Source of the DNA: Narcine bancroftii | Taxonomy: Eukaryota | Direction of reading: 5' to 3' | Assembly (NCBI RefSeq): GCF_036971445.1 | Contig: NC_091472.1 | Span: 74,028,001-74,092,000 of the forward strand | DNA length: 64,000 nucleotides | In this document: positions 1 to 13,675 of the stretch, in pieces | How the letters are laid out: the number at the start of each line of letters is the position of its first letter | Position numbering within the stretch: position 1 is the stretch's first letter | Translations under genes and position numbers: made by a program | Notes under the pieces: model-generated | What the model was told of the DNA's origin: nothing | The model's input: only the letters and a program-made list of their open reading frames with translations | Databases searched by the model: none

Positions 1-793
1 CAGTTTACCTATCTCGGCTGCACCATTTCATCAGATGCAAGGATCGACAATGAGATAGACAACAGACTCGCCAAGGCAAATAGCGCCTTTGGAAGACTAC
101 ACAAAAGAGTCTGGAAAAACAACCAACTGAAAAACCTCACAAAGATAAGCGTATACAGAGCCGTTGTCATACCCACACTCCTGTTCGGCTCCGAATCATG
201 GGTCCTCTACCGGCACCACCTACGGCTCCTAGAACGCTTCCACCAGCGTTGTCTCCGCTCCATCCTCAACATCCATTGGAGCGCTCACACCCCTAACGTC
301 GAGGTACTCGAGATGGCAGAGGTCGACAGCATCGAGTCCACGCTGCTGAAGATCCAGCTGCGCTGGATGGGTCACGTCTCCAGAATGGAGGACCATCGCC
401 TTCCCAAGATCGTATTATATGGCGAGCTCTCCACTGGCCACCGTGACAGAGGTGCACCAAAGAAAAGGTACAAGGACTGCCTAAAGAAATCTCTTGGTGC
501 CTGCCACATTGACCACCGCCAGTGGGCTGATAACGCCTCAAACCGTGCATCTTGGCGCCTCACAGTTTGGCGGGCAGCAGCCTCCTTTGAAGAAGACCGC
601 AGAGCCCACCTCACTGACAAAAGGCAAAGGAGGAAAAACCCAACACCCAACCCCAACCAACCAATTTTCCCTTGCAACCGCTGCAATCGTGTCTGCCTGT
701 CCCGCATCGGACTGGTCAGCCACAAACGAGCCTGCAGCTGACGTGGACTTTTTACCCCCTCCATAAATCTTCGTCCGCGAAGCCAAGCCAAAG
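1..793 (+). mobile_element. RTE-clade LINE, 3' part (copy 1; cut by window start)
   Basis: C-terminal ORF region ...QLRWMGHVSRMEDHRLPKIVLYGEL...CNRCNRVCLSRIGLVSHKRAC; 3' end cttcgtccgcgaagccaagccaaaga shared with three other copies. Confidence 0.92.
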
Positions 794-858
794 ATATATA
801 TATATATATATCATTTCTATCTATTTATTTATTTATTTATTTTTTTTTTTTTTTTTTT
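794..858. repeat. (TA)n / (TTTA)n / poly-T low-complexity tract
   Basis: Directly visible after the RTE tail. Confidence 0.85.
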
Positions 859-865
859 GTTAAAT

Positions 866-1045
866 GATAGTGGATTCTCAGAGGTTTTGTATGAGCAGTT
901 CATCAGTCGTTCAGCAGTCTCACTACCCGTGGGAAGAAGCTGTTTCTTAGCCTGGTGGTTCTGGCTCTGATACTCCTGTATCTCTTTCCTGATGGAAGTA
1001 GCTGGAAGATGCTATGTGCAGGGTGCTAGGGGTCCTTAATGATTT
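866..1045 (-). mobile_element. Rex1/Babar LINE 3' fragment
   Basis: gggaagaagctgtttcttagcctggtggttctggctctgatactcctgtatctctttcctgatgg resembles the reverse 3' end of Rex1, as at 23340-23590 and 63480-63790. Confidence 0.6.
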
Positions 1046-1735
1046 TACAAGAGGCTATTTCAGGGGCTATATGCCTAATTAGTGACATAATTCCACTCTA
1101 TATTTGACCAAAAAGTTCAAGAAAATCAAAGAAACAAGCTGATGTTCGTATGTGTGGTGATTAGGTTCCTATTAATGGCTTTAGTGCCCCTTGTCAGCAG
1201 GTATCTGCTCTTAATCACTGGTGAGTAATTGTGAAAATTGGAAAAGACTTCCTACACTCTCTTATTAAATGGCCAGTTGATGTTTAGTATCCAGATTTAC
1301 ATATAAAGAATGGTGACATTGCAGAAAACACCTATGGAGCCATTATTTGCCATTGTCTGTTTCTGGGATGAAAAAGTGGGAAAGTCAGCTGTGTCGTCTT
1401 CATCTGTTTCTCTGTCACTGACCAAGTTGCAGTTAAAAGAAATTTCTGTTGTATAATCATGTGATGTTGTGTAACTGCTAAATTGCTCTTGATTTTATGC
1501 TGTGTTACTTAATTTCTATTCTTCCACCTAAATAGGGGCGGGTCTATTTTTAATGATAAAGTTGCAAAAAAACTTCTGTTTGAAGTTTATCCCAGTCTGC
1601 ATGATTTCTGGGTAAAAATGGTTTCGTTGATCTTAGAAACCCATGGAAAGAGATTGCATGTGCTTGCTTTATATTGAGACATACTTGGAAACTCAATTAG
1701 TTGCTGATAAACTAAAATACTGTTCCACAATGCAG

Positions 1736-1825
1736 GAAATCAGATGCCAGCTCAGCCACCCAATAGCCAATCAGATGCTAGCTCTCATCCAGCCATGAAC
1801 CAGTCACCAATGTCACAGGATAGAG
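1736..1825 (+). CDS. ARID1B: ARID1B internal exon A (90 nt, phase 1-1)
   Basis: tgcag|GA acceptor and AG|gtttgt donor. Translates (G)[29 protein letters not shown](G), matching recalled human ARID1B [31 protein letters not shown]. Not in the ORF track. Confidence 0.92.
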
Positions 1826-3789
1826 GTTTGTTACTTCAATGACTTTCTGAATGATGATTGCTCTTTTTCAAACAAGTCGAATAAATTGAACAATATTGTC
1901 AGTTGCATGTGCTTTAATTTAATCTTGGGCATAACTTAATTGACAGCTTATTTCATGAAACGTCTGCATTTGACAAATTACCACTTTGGAAAATTGTAGT
2001 TTTTTAAATAAATTTGCAGAAACTGATTAATCTTTGTTGACTGCACCAAGTATTAAATTGTGATGTAAAATACAAATTTCATTTAGAATTGAAACTATTT
2101 CACCAAATTAACCATCTTTTTATCTGCAGATAAACAGCTACTACACCTGATAATTTATGTAATTTAGTAGTAAAATACGATGTGATTAAAATGAGACGCT
2201 TTCTAAATCATTATTTGTAAATATCATTATTTATCATCACGTACATGATGTTTGAATATTTGTGAGACTGAATATAGTGGAACAGAATTAAAGAAAACTT
2301 ACTGTACATTGTTCAAACAATAATCTCTTGATGATTCATGTAATTTTATCTTTGTTACTTATTTTTCAAACTTAGGTATGGTTGCACAGTTGACCATTTT
2401 ATCCAGCCATTGTGCCTGAAATAAATTTAGTTTTGCTTACATTTCAGAAATGTAAGCAAAATCAATTTGGCTAAAATTTATGAATTTGTAAAATCTGAAA
2501 ACAAGAAGGCCATTATGCCTATCATCTCTTCACCAGTTTTATTTATAAAAAGCTCTGACCTCTTCCCTGCACTACACTACATTTTCCTATTCATTATTAT
2601 CCATCAAAGATGCTATTTAATTCTCTTTGACAATTTTCAGTTTCTGTTTTGTAAAAAATATCCAGTTGAATTATGACAACTTTGATTTTTTTATACAGTA
2701 TTTATGTGTTTCGAAATAATAAAGAAACTATAAAGAGTGATTCAGATGTTTAAAAAAAATTAGAATGCATTACTTGCTAATTAACAAGGACATCAAAGTT
2801 TAAAAAAAAACACTGACCATTCTCTCAGCTCTGGGGCCTTTCATTTTGCAACAGGTGCTGTGTGGGAAAGCATCAAAGAAGCACATTCCTCTTTTTGTGG
2901 CTGTGGTCAAGGTTACCATGATTTTTTTGGAATCCTTGCCACACCCCATCAAGATTTCTATCCAGTGATATGTGGTGTGTATACTCTAAACTTTTCAAAG
3001 GTTTTGCCACTTTGCAGATCACAAAAAATGTGATACTGTATCATTTATTCACCCTTGTAAAAGAGCACTGCCACCGACAGAATAAAAACCAGAGATGCCT
3101 TTGATTAGCCACGTGATTAACCAAAATTTGATTCAATAAGACGATCTCAAGGTTTCAGGAAATTTTAAGCAAAATGTGTGTGCAGAAATTGTGTTCTGAA
3201 ATGTTTTGCTAACCAATTTAATTTGAGTTTTGGGGTACAGGATCAACTGTGTGGCTTTGTTTTGTTCTTCTGTTCAACATTATAGGAAACTTTGTAGTAT
3301 TTAAGAAATACCAAAAATGAAGTAAATAATTCTGCTTCTAAAGACTGTAATTGTGAGGATATGCAATGATGAGTTGAGGCATAATTGCCTTGTGCATGAC
3401 AGGTGGAACCATTTACATTCAGTGGCTGAAGAAACAGCATCTCAGCAAAAGGTTATCTCTCCCATAGGAGGTGGGAAAGAAACAAATGTTAGCTTCTAAT
3501 TTTTAACACTTCTAAAGTGTTTAAAATTTCACTTCTTAAAGAACTATTATATTGTAGAATATTCAGATCTTAGCTCTTTTGATAATATAACCAAGATAAT
3601 TCACCCTTCATTGGCAATGTTGGTTTTCTTCTATGTTTATTTTTTTATTTTCCCTCAAGTTATTTCCTGGGAGCAGGGTGGGGTACAGTTAATTGGGAGC
3701 AGGTGCTATTGACCAAGTCCACTGGTGATGTTTGGGAGTTTTTTTGACCAACTGATAAGAGTTCAGCATCAGCATGTTTCAGTAAGAAT

Positions 3790-5135
3790 TATAAGGATGA
3801 TAAAGTAAGATCTTTGGATGATGAGAGAAGTTGTGAAGAAAAAGAAAGCTGATGTAAGGTTTAGGAAGTTAAAATCAGACAGGGCCCTAGAGGAATGTGA
3901 GGGGATTGGGAAGTCCAAAAGGGCCATGAAATCTTCTGACAAGTAACATGACAAACAACATCCTCAGGTTATAATGATGAAAGAGAATAACAAAGCATTT
4001 TATACTTGAATGAAAAACAAGGAGATAACTGGAGAAAGTGTATGACCACTGACAGACAAATTTATGTCTCAACCTAGAGTGCATTGGCAAGGTACTAAAT
4101 GAGTATTTTGCATTTGCATTCACCACTGAGTGGGACATGGAAGATACAAAGCAATGTGGGGAAATCTAATATACTAGGACATTTTGAGGACATGGAGGTG
4201 GTGCTGCTCGGTCTTTTGAAGAGTATTTGAGGTGATCAAGTCCAAGGGCCTGACAGGATAAATTACAGGTTACAGAAGAGAGAGGATAGTGATATTCTGG
4301 CTGGAGGTCTTGACCAATGGTGTTCCACAGTGACTGGTTTTGGGACCCATGCTGTTTATTATATAAATATAACTTGGTTGAAAAAGTAGATGGAGTTCTG
4401 AACAATGTTGAATGCTATCAAAGGATATATACTAGTTTCAGATATTGGGCAGAGAAATAGCATATAGAGTTTAATCTAAACAAATGTGAGATGCTGCACT
4501 TGGGGAGGTCAAGTCTATGGACAAGGATGCAGTTAATGGCATGACCCTTAACAGCTCCACTCTGCAGAGAGACCAAGGGATCTAAGTCCATAGCTCCATA
4601 AATATGGTCAAGCAAGGAGTCAGATTGCGAAGAAGGTTTTATAGGATATTTGCATTCGTTGGTCAAGGGATTGAGTCTGAGTAAGGGAGTCACATGACAG
4701 CTACATAATATTTTAGTAAAGCCACACTTGGAGCACTGAACAATTCTGATTGACCCATTGCAGGAAGGATAGAGCCACATTGGAAAGGGTGCAGAAGGTC
4801 TAGGATGCTGCCTGAAGCAGTGGACAAACTTGGATTGTTTTCTCTGGTGTATTGAAGGTTGAGGGGAAACTTGATAGAAGTTTATAAAGTTTAAAGGAAT
4901 GTGTAGGACACTTTAATAAGATGGAGAAGATTATGTGCCTGAAGTGGACTGCCAGGGGTAGTGATGGAAGCAAGTACACTAGTGGCATTTAGGAGGCTTT
5001 CATGTCGATTGATGAATATGGAGGGGATGAATCATGTGCAGGCTGAAGAAATTTTGTTTAATTTGGCATCATGTTCAGCTCAAACATCGTTGGCTGATGG
5101 GCCTGTCCTTGTGCTGTTCTGTCCATGTTCTGATT
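3790..5135 (+). mobile_element. Degenerate CR1-type LINE (ORF2 remnants and 3' UTR)
   Basis: Decayed CR1 RT/C-terminal motifs (tttaatctaaacaaatgtgagatgctgcacttggg, ccacacttggagcactg) and 3' end gggcctgtccttgtgctgt. Confidence 0.7.
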
Positions 5136-6446
5136 GGGGCACAGTTCCATGAGAGCTTGTGTCAATGTGACGGGGATTAGATCCTGCAGCTTTCATTGGC
5201 CTACACCTACTGGAGTTGCTTTCTCTTCTGATTTCCCCTTATATTTTTGTCCCACCCATTCCCTAAGGCACAGATCAATCACATCCCTTTCTCTAACTTG
5301 GATCAGATTGTTCAGCATGGATTGGAGATTGTATCCAGACCCTTACCAATTTGATAAAGTCACTTAGTCCAAGGAGAATTTTCTTTGATGTATCTTGGAA
5401 AAATGTGTTTCCCATTAGTTTTGTATGGCTATAGTGACTTGTATAAATTGTCCTGATATCTGAAACAACATCCTCAGGTTATAATGATGGAACAAATTTA
5501 TTTTGAAGTGACTGCCCTAAAGATGACATTTGAAAACTTCTGTGGCATAACCATTTTTACTCTGATCAAGCTTTGTTTTGTTAATACCATACCTTAATTA
5601 CTACTCTCATTGTAGACCCCAAAGGAAACATTGCCTTTTCCTTACTCATTTGTCCTAGGAAAATTATAGAATAGAACAATAGCTTGCTTCTTTAAACATC
5701 TTTTGTAGTGAGACCAAGGTGAAAAAGATGCAAATCCCATTACAGGAGGTTATGTTGATTTTTTTTATTATATCATGTTTTTCATTTCGCCCTTTCCCTT
5801 TTCCAACCACATTTTTCATACAAAATAATGTCAATCACTTCTGTGTGTTAAATCGAGGGTTACAAATTATTACTTTGTTCACCCTACTCTCCAGTGTTCA
5901 ATTATCCTTTGGAAGACTTTGTCAAGTAAATGTGCAAGGACATCAACTGTCTCCACGCAGCAAATTTTGAGTAATGGATGACTTAATCTTCCATTTGGTT
6001 ACCTGATTTTCATTTGAACTACATGTTCATTTCATTGCCAATCTCAACGTTGTTTTAGTCATAATATGGTTGTACTACATTGTCCAGTCCCCTGCCTACA
6101 TTCATGATACTTCACATGCCCTCCATCACTTCAACAGCTTCCAGTTTTCTGAACTCGACCATCTCATTTTCATTATGGATATCCAATCTCTATACACCAC
6201 CACCCCTCACACCAAAGATCTCAAAGTCCATTATATTTTTCTCAATAACAGACCCAACCAGTCCCCCACAATTAGCTTCCTTTGCCTAGCAGAATACCCT
6301 CTTTTGACTTATCCTACTTTCTCCAAGTCAAAGGAGTAGCCATGGGTACCCACATGGTTCCCAGCTGTGTCTCCATTTTTGTTGAGTATGTGGAGCAATG
6401 CATGCTACAAGCCTACACAGCAAGGCTCCTCAACTCTTCCTCTGCT

Positions 6447-7001
6447 TTCTTTCTTTTTCAATCTTTTTATTAATCATATTATATATTAATAATCCATGAG
6501 GAAAATAGGAGTACATAATCAAAAAGGGAAAAAGATCACTAATGACATCATATAACATATTGCATTACACCATAATTAATGAATATGTTCTTGTCTCCTC
6601 AAACTGAAACCTTCAAAAAATAAATACATATATATAAAACCTCACTTAATCTTAAAAAAGTGGGCAATCTATCTTGAGAATTTATTAATAAAGAGAAAAG
6701 AAATAAAATATAGTGTAGAAGGGAAAATAATTATACTAAGTCATGTGGAAGTAATTTATAAAAGGTCGCCTCTTGAAGTGTCTTCAAATTTAACAGAAAT
6801 ATCTCTAAACTTAAATTTGACATAATCTGAGAGAGCCACTGAGTTAAAGTAGGTGGATTAGAATTTTCAATTTAAATAGGATAACTCTTCTAGCCAGCAA
6901 TGTAGAAAAGGCTAGAACTTGTCCCATTTCTGGAACTATAATTCCAAAAAGAGCAGTCAATACGTTAGGATGCAAACTTAAATCCAGTATAGCTGACAAA
7001 G
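6447..7001 (-). mobile_element. L1/Tx1-type LINE 3' fragment inside Penelope
   Basis: Flanked by 15-bp TSD aactc(t/c)tcctctgct (6432-6446, 7002-7016); T-rich tail with tttatt at the left end. Confidence 0.7.
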
Positions 7002-7123
7002 AACTCCTCCTCTGCTACATTGACGAATATATTGGTGCTGCCTCATACCTATGATGACCTCATCAACTTTATCCAGTTTGCTGCTAAATTTCACCCCGAC
7101 CTCAAATTCATTTGGTATATTTC

Positions 7124-7178
7124 TCCCCTCTTTCGACCTGTCCCCTCTTTCGACCTGTCCCCTCTTTCGACCTGTCCC
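7124..7178 (+). repeat. 3x 17-bp tandem repeat (tcccctctttcgacctg)
   Basis: Three exact units visible. Confidence 0.9.
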
Positions 7179-9883
7179 TTTTCTCTATCTCTTTGCCTCC
7201 ATCTCTGGAGACAAGTTTTCACAGATATTTTCTACAAACATGACAACCCCCAAAATGACCTTGATTAAATATCTGCACACACTGTCCCCTGTAAAGATTC
7301 TATTCTTTACTCTCAATTCCTCTGATTCCATCACATCTGCTCCCAGAAAGAGGTCTTTTATTCCAGATCATCTGAGGTGTCTTCCTCCTTCAAAAAAAGG
7401 TGGCTTTCCATCTACCACCATCAACTCAGCTCTTTTCCACATCTCCAATTCTCACACATCTGTCCTGGACCCTTCCAACCTTAGACACAAGGACAGGATT
7501 TCCATAGAATCATAGAACATTACAGCACAGAAAATCAGGCCATTTGAACATTCCGGTCTGTACTGACCAGTAAAACTAGCTAGTCTCACTGACCTACTCT
7601 CATTCCATAACCCTCCAGACCAATCCTATCCATGTGTTTGTCCAATTTATTTTTAAAACTCAAGATTGAATCTGCATTCACTACATCAGATGGCAGCTCA
7701 TTCCACACTCCTATTATTCTCTGAGTGAAAAGCTTTCCCCTAATGTTCCCCTTATACCTTCCCCCTTTCAGCCTAAAGCTATGACCTCTCATATTTATCT
7801 CCCTCAATCTAAGTGGAAACGTCTACTCTGTTTATACCCCTCAAAATCTTATAAACCTCTATCAAGTCTCTTCGGTCCCTCTTCGGTCCAAGGAATATAA
7901 TCCCAACCTGTTTAATCTTTCCAGTAACTCAACTCCTGAAGACCTTGTAACATCTTAGTAAATCTTCTTTTCACTCTTTCATTCTTATTATCTTTTCTGC
8001 TGCTGGGTGACCAGAGCTGCATACAATTGTGGCCTCACCAATGACTTAAATAACTTCAACATAACATCCCAACTTCTATACTCAAAACTTTGATTTATAA
8101 AGGCTAAGATGCCAAAAGTTTTTTTTATAACCCTGACCACATGTGACGCCATCTTCAGGGAACAATGTATATGTAATCCCAGATCTCTTTGCTCCTCTGC
8201 ACTCCTCAATGGCCTGCCATCATTTACTGTGTACGTCCTACCCTGATTCGCCCTTCCAAAGTTCAACACCTCACACTTATCTGCATTAAATTCCATCAGC
8301 CATTTACTGACCCAATTTCTCAGCTGGTCCAGACGCCTCTGCAAGCTTTGAAAATCTTCCTTACAGACCTCTATGCCTCCTAACTTTGTGTCATCAGCAA
8401 ACTTGCTGATCCAATTCTCCACATTATCATCTAGGTCATTTATAAAGATAACAAACAATAATGGTCCCAACACAGATCCCTGAAGCACACCACTCGACAC
8501 AGACCTCCAGTCTGAGAAGCAACCATCTACCACCACTCTGTTTTCTTCCACCAAGCCAGTTTCAAATCGAGTTTGCAACCTCTCTATGTATACCTAACGT
8601 CGAAATCAACCTATTGTGTGGAACCTTGTCAAAGACCTTACTAAAGTCCATATAAACAACATCTACAGCCTTTCCCTCACCAACCTTCTTCGTAACTTTG
8701 TCAAAAATTCTACAAGATTTGGTAGACCTACCACGCATAAATCCATGCTGACTGTCCTTAATTAATTGATGACGATCCAAATATCTATATATCCTATCTC
8801 AGAAATTCTTCAAATAATTAACATTCTACTAGCATCAGGCTCACTGGCCTGTAATTGCCTGGCTTACTTTTGGAGCCCTTGTTAAACAGTGCAACAACAT
8901 GAACGACTCTTCAATCCTCCGGTACCTCTCCCGTGACTAAGGTCACTTTGAATATATCCACCAGGGGCCCTGCAATTTCAGCACTTGTCTCCCTCAAGGT
9001 GCGGGGAGATATCATCCGGGCCAGGGGATTTGTCCACCTTTATTTGTTGCAAAGCAACAAGCACCCCCATCTCCTTAAACTCCATATGTTCCATAACACT
9101 TCTATTTGTTTTCCTTCCATCCTTATTCACTATGCCAGTTTCATCTGTAAATACTGATGCAAAAAATTTGTTCAAAATCTCCCCTATTTCGTGAGGCATC
9201 GCACATATTTGACCACTCTGATTTTCTAGGGGTCCAATTTTGTCCCTTACTATCCTTTTACTTTTAATATATTTGTAGAAACCCTTTGGATTTTTCTTCA
9301 CATTTTTGCCATCCTAATTTCCTTCTTAAGCATTCTCTTACATTTTCTATACTATGTAAGTAGCTCATTTCCTCCTTGTAGTCTATACCGCATATATAGA
9401 CCCCTCCTTTTTTTTTAAATGAGTTCTCCAATATCCCTTAAAAACCAAGGTTCCCCATGTCTGTTAACTTTGCCCTTATCCCTGGTAGGAACATGCACTC
9501 TCTGCACTCTCAAAATTTTGTCCTTGAAGGCCTTCCACCTGCTGGATGCATCCTTGACAGAAAATAACATTCCAGTTGACTCTCACAAGCTCTTTCCTCA
9601 TTTCCTCAAAATTGGCCTTTATCCAATTCAGAACCTCAACTTGAGGGCTAGACCTATCCTTCTCCATAATTAACTTGAAACTAATGATATTGTGGTCACT
9701 GGACCCAAAATGCTCACCTACACATACTTCTGCCATCTGACCTGCTGAGTTCCCAAAATGATCAAGTATTGCACCTCCTCTTGTTAGTACCTCCATATAT
9801 TGATGAGGAAAACTTTAATGTACACATTTGACAAACTCCAACCCATCCAGTCCTTTTACTGTACGAGAATCCCAGTCTATGTA

Positions 9884-10334
9884 CATAACATATATAATAA
9901 CATAACAATTACAGCACGGAAACAGGCCATTAGGCCCTTCTAGTCTGCACCGAACCAAACACCCCTTTCTAGTCCCACCTCCCTGCACAATGCCCATAAC
10001 CCTCCATCTTCTTCTCATCCATATACCTGTCCAACCTTTTCTTAAATAATACAATTGACTCTGCCGCCACTATTTCTCCCGGAAGATCATTCCACACGGC
10101 TACCACTCTCTGAGTAAAGAAGTTCCCCCTCATGTTACCTCTAAACCTCTGCCCCTTAATTCTTAACTCATGTCCTCTTGTTTTAATCTTTCCTCCTCTT
10201 AACGGAAATAGTCTATCCACATCTACTCTGACTATCCCTTTTATAATCTTAAATACTTCTATCAAATCCCATCTCAACCTTCTACGCTCCAAAGAATAAA
10301 GACCTAATCTGTCCAATCTCTCCCTATACTCTAG
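9884..10334 (-). mobile_element. Younger 5'-truncated CR1 nested in the older CR1
   Basis: Intact C-terminal peptide YRERLDRLGLYSLERRRLR..FFTQRVVAVWNDLP interrupts the host APE region between DFNF and IDW; has its own cataac-type tail. Confidence 0.85.
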
Positions 10335-10362
10335 AAAGTTAAAATCTCCTACTATCACAGAT

Positions 10363-10450
10363 TTCTTACACCGGTCTGCTATCTCCCTACAGATTTGCTG
10401 CTCCAATTCTTACACCGGTCTGCTATCTCCCTACAGATTTGCTGCTCCAA
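10363..10450 (+). repeat. 44-bp tandem duplication
   Basis: ttcttacaccggtctgctatctccctacagatttgctgctccaa occurs twice head-to-tail. Confidence 0.9.
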
Positions 10451-12253
10451 TTCTCTCAGACTATTGGGTGGTCTATAATACAGCCCTATTAGTATGCTCA
10501 TGCCCTTCCCGTTCCTCAACTCCACCTATATGGCCTCTGTAGACGAGTCCCCAGGGCTGTCCTGTCTATGCACACCTGTGATATTTTCCCTCACTAGCAA
10601 TGTCACACCTCCTTATTTCCTCCCTTGCCCTCTATCTGTCTAAAACAACGGAACCCTGGAACATTGAACTGCCAATCCTGCCCCTTCCTGCAACCATCTC
10701 TCACGAATAGCAATAATATCATAATCCCACATGACAATCCTCGCTCTAAGCTCATCTCCCTTATCAACAATACCCCTCACATTGAAATAGATGCATGTGA
10801 AGCCATTTCTTTTCTATACAACCCTGCCTTTACATGCAGCCCTTGTATGACTCTCATCGACCTCTACCTTACTATCTGCTCTTACACTCTGATTCCCCAC
10901 CTCCCCAAAGCAGCACTAGCAAAAACACCCACAAGGATATTAGTCCCCCTCCAGTTCAGGTACACACTGTCCCACCTTCCCTGGAGGAGAGTCCAATTAT
11001 TCAGAAACCTGAAGCCCTCCCTCCTGCACCATCTCTTTAGTTGTGTGTTAAGATGGATTATCTTTGTGTTTCTCACCTCACATACCACCCCACCAGTCTG
11101 CACATTCAACATATTATCCTCCACAATATCTTCCACCTACAACATGATCCCATCACCAGACACATCTTCCCCTCTTCACCTTCACAGGAACTGCTCACTC
11201 CATGACATCCTCGTCCACTCATCCCATCCCACTGATCGCCGTCTTGGTACCTTCCCCTGTGACCACAGGCAGTGCTGATTTACCTCACCCTCGTTCAGGG
11301 CCCCAAACAATCTATCCAAGTGAAGCCACACTTGTAAATCTGCAGGGGTCATCTACTGAATTGGGTACTCCCATTGTGGCTTTCTCTACATTAGAGAAAC
11401 TGGATGCAGACTGTCCACAGAAATGACAGGAATATCCCAGCGACAAACCATTTCAATTCCATGCCAGATTCCCATGCCGGCATGTCTATCCATGGCTTTG
11501 TGCATTGCCAAACCAAGGTCACTTGCAAATTAAAAGAGCAACACCTAATATTCCATCTTGGTACTCTCCAACTGGATGGCATTAACATCAACTTCTCCAA
11601 TTTCTGTTAGACCACATCCTTATCTCCTTCTTTTCCCCATCCCTATCTCCTTTCCTCCAGCTCCCTACCCTCTTCCCTTTCCATTCAGAGAGCTATCCCC
11701 TCTGCTATTTTGCCCTCCCACCCATATCCACCTATGACCTCTTACCTGTGACCCTGTGCTCCTCCTCCTGCCCCTCCCCCATCATTTTATTCAGATGCGT
11801 GCCTCCTTTTTGCTCATACCTTGATGAAGGGCTCAGGCTATATATCTTCGTTACATAAAGAACACTGCGTGACTTGTTGAGCTTCCCCAATATCTTTACG
11901 TAAACTAAAATCATGGTGCCTACACACTTTCATGTTTATCTACAATTGCTCCAGAGTTATTTGATGGAGAAAGGTAAAATAGACGAGCACAAAAATGGAC
12001 AAGTTGGGCCTATTGCCGATTTATAGACAAATTAATAATGGATTTAAGAGTTAAAATAAATAGAAGTATTTTTGGATTTCATTAAATTATATAAACATCA
12101 GTGTAAATAATAGAAAATAGGTGCAAGAGGTCATTCAGCCCTTCATGTTCTTAACCCCATTCAATATGATCATGGCCGATCATGCAAATTTAGTAGCCTA
12201 GTCCTGCCTTCTACTCATACCCCTTGGTGTATTTCCCAATTTCCTTTAGAATA

Positions 12254-12552
12254 CAGTAAAATCTTGGAGAAGCACAGTACTTGGGGTCCAAGATTTCATA
12301 CTACGTTACAGCCAAATCGCGGAACAGATACATACGAGTTAGTGCCCATGGATAATCAAACCCAAATATTACCAGTTTTCAAAGGATCTGCTATCTATAA
12401 CTAACAATTTCAATGAAAGAAAGCAAGCACATTCTTTTAATATTGGTATTCTGATTTTTAATCAACTTATTTGTAAAATTTGGGGTCCACAGACACCCGC
12501 GCTATAAGCGATTCCATGGATTAACGAATCACATTCTAACGAGGTTTCACTG
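12254..12552. mobile_element. pogo/Tigger-like MITE
   Basis: Termini ta-cagtaaaatct ... gaggtttcactg (imperfect TIR starting CAGT). Confidence 0.55.
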
Positions 12553-12888
12553 TGTATCCACTGAACTGGCCTCAACAGCTTTCTGTGGCAGGGAGTTCTA
12601 CAAGTTCACCATTCTGAGTGGGGGAAAAAATCCTCATCTAAATGGCTTATCCTCAGACAGTAACCCCTTGTTATTGATTTCCCCATCATGTAGAACATTC
12701 TTTATGCATCTAACCTATCTAATCCTGTCAGAATTTTTTAAGCCTCAATGAGATCCCTTCTAATTCTTCCAAATTCCAGTGAGTATAACCCAGGTCTATC
12801 TAGTCTTCCTTCATGTGTCAGTCTTGCCAGCCCCAGTAATCAGCCTGGTGAATCTCCACTGTAGACCCTCAATAGCAGGAATGTACGA

Positions 12889-13165
12889 CAGGTACACGAT
12901 CCTTTATCCGGAACCCTTGGGGGACAATGTGTTCTGAATTTCGGATTTTTCCGGATTTCAGAAAGCCAGATTTAAATCCACTGGAATTGTGCTGCCGTAC
13001 CCACCCCCTTTCACTCACGCTGCCGGTCTCTCTCCCCCACCCCCCCCCTCACCCACCCAACATGCACTGATGGTTTCTTCCCTCCCCTCGCCCACCCGAC
13101 TCACGCTGACGTTCCCTCTCACAGTTTCCGGATTTTAGATGTCTGGATAAAGTATCTTGCACCTG
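12889..13165. mobile_element. pogo/Tigger-like MITE
   Basis: ~24-bp TIR caggtacacgatcctttatccgga / tctggataaagtatcttgcacctg followed by TA. Confidence 0.75.
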
Positions 13166-13675
13166 TACCTCTGATTAGGAGACAAAAACTGCACACGATA
13201 TTCAGTGGAAAGATTAAAACAGGAAAAGGACCTACTCATTTTGGTTGAATTTCACATGTGCCTTTTGTCAATTTCTACAGTGAGTGAACTAAGCACCTTG
13301 GAATTCATTTTTAAAGTATCTGTTCATTAAGCATTTCCTGTTGTACTCCTGGATTGTGGTCCAGCCATTGAGTGCCCAGTCCTCTCTAAACTGGTTTATT
13401 TTGACAAAAGAGGTTAACATCAAGAAAATTTCTTAATAATATTATCTTCATATTACTACACTGTGACTCAATTAAGCTTAACCAGTTTGAAAGTAAAATT
13501 AAATTAGAGAAATTTAGTTGTAGCAGAATTTAGTGCCTAATTTTTAAGAAAAGATGAGCATTCAGGGTATTGTTTGTTAGCTTATGAGCTGTGTAATTTT
13601 CTGTTGTAATTTGGTTTCTTTCTTTTATGTCTGTGTGTTTGTCTGAACTTCTTAATTTTACCTTTCTCTCTGTAG

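Larger units (their letters stand above)
7503..11072 (-). mobile_element. CR1 LINE, long decayed copy (ORF1 esterase end, APE, RT, 3' tail)
   Basis: RT SGVLQGSVLGPLLFVIFINDLD..ISKFADDTKL; APE SVIVGDFN and HFGSSDHN; ORF1 esterase LKRWCRREGFRFLNNW; (catagaat)n tail at the left end. Confidence 0.92.
6075..11935 (+). mobile_element. Penelope-like element (RT + GIY-YIG), split by nested L1 and CR1 insertions; pieces ~6075-6446, 7002-7502, 11073-11935
   Basis: MDIQSLYT, LQVKGVAMGTHM, FIQFAAKFHPDLKF RT motifs; NHFNS..HAGMSIHG...KEQHLIFHLGTLQ..GIN endonuclease tail; pieces are collinear across the insertions. Confidence 0.85.
12110..13200 (-). mobile_element. CR1-type 3' fragment interrupted by two MITEs
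   Basis: aaaataggtgcaagaggtcattcagccc... reverse CR1 3' end; resumes after each MITE. Confidence 0.65.

Noticed and set aside
293-863. Overlapping and antisense ORFs repeated at each RTE copy
   Set aside because: Shadow frames of the GC-rich RTE coding sequence; they recur only because the element is repeated.
7124-7178. Short direct repeats as a CRISPR-like array
   Set aside because: No spacers and a eukaryotic context; simple slippage duplication.
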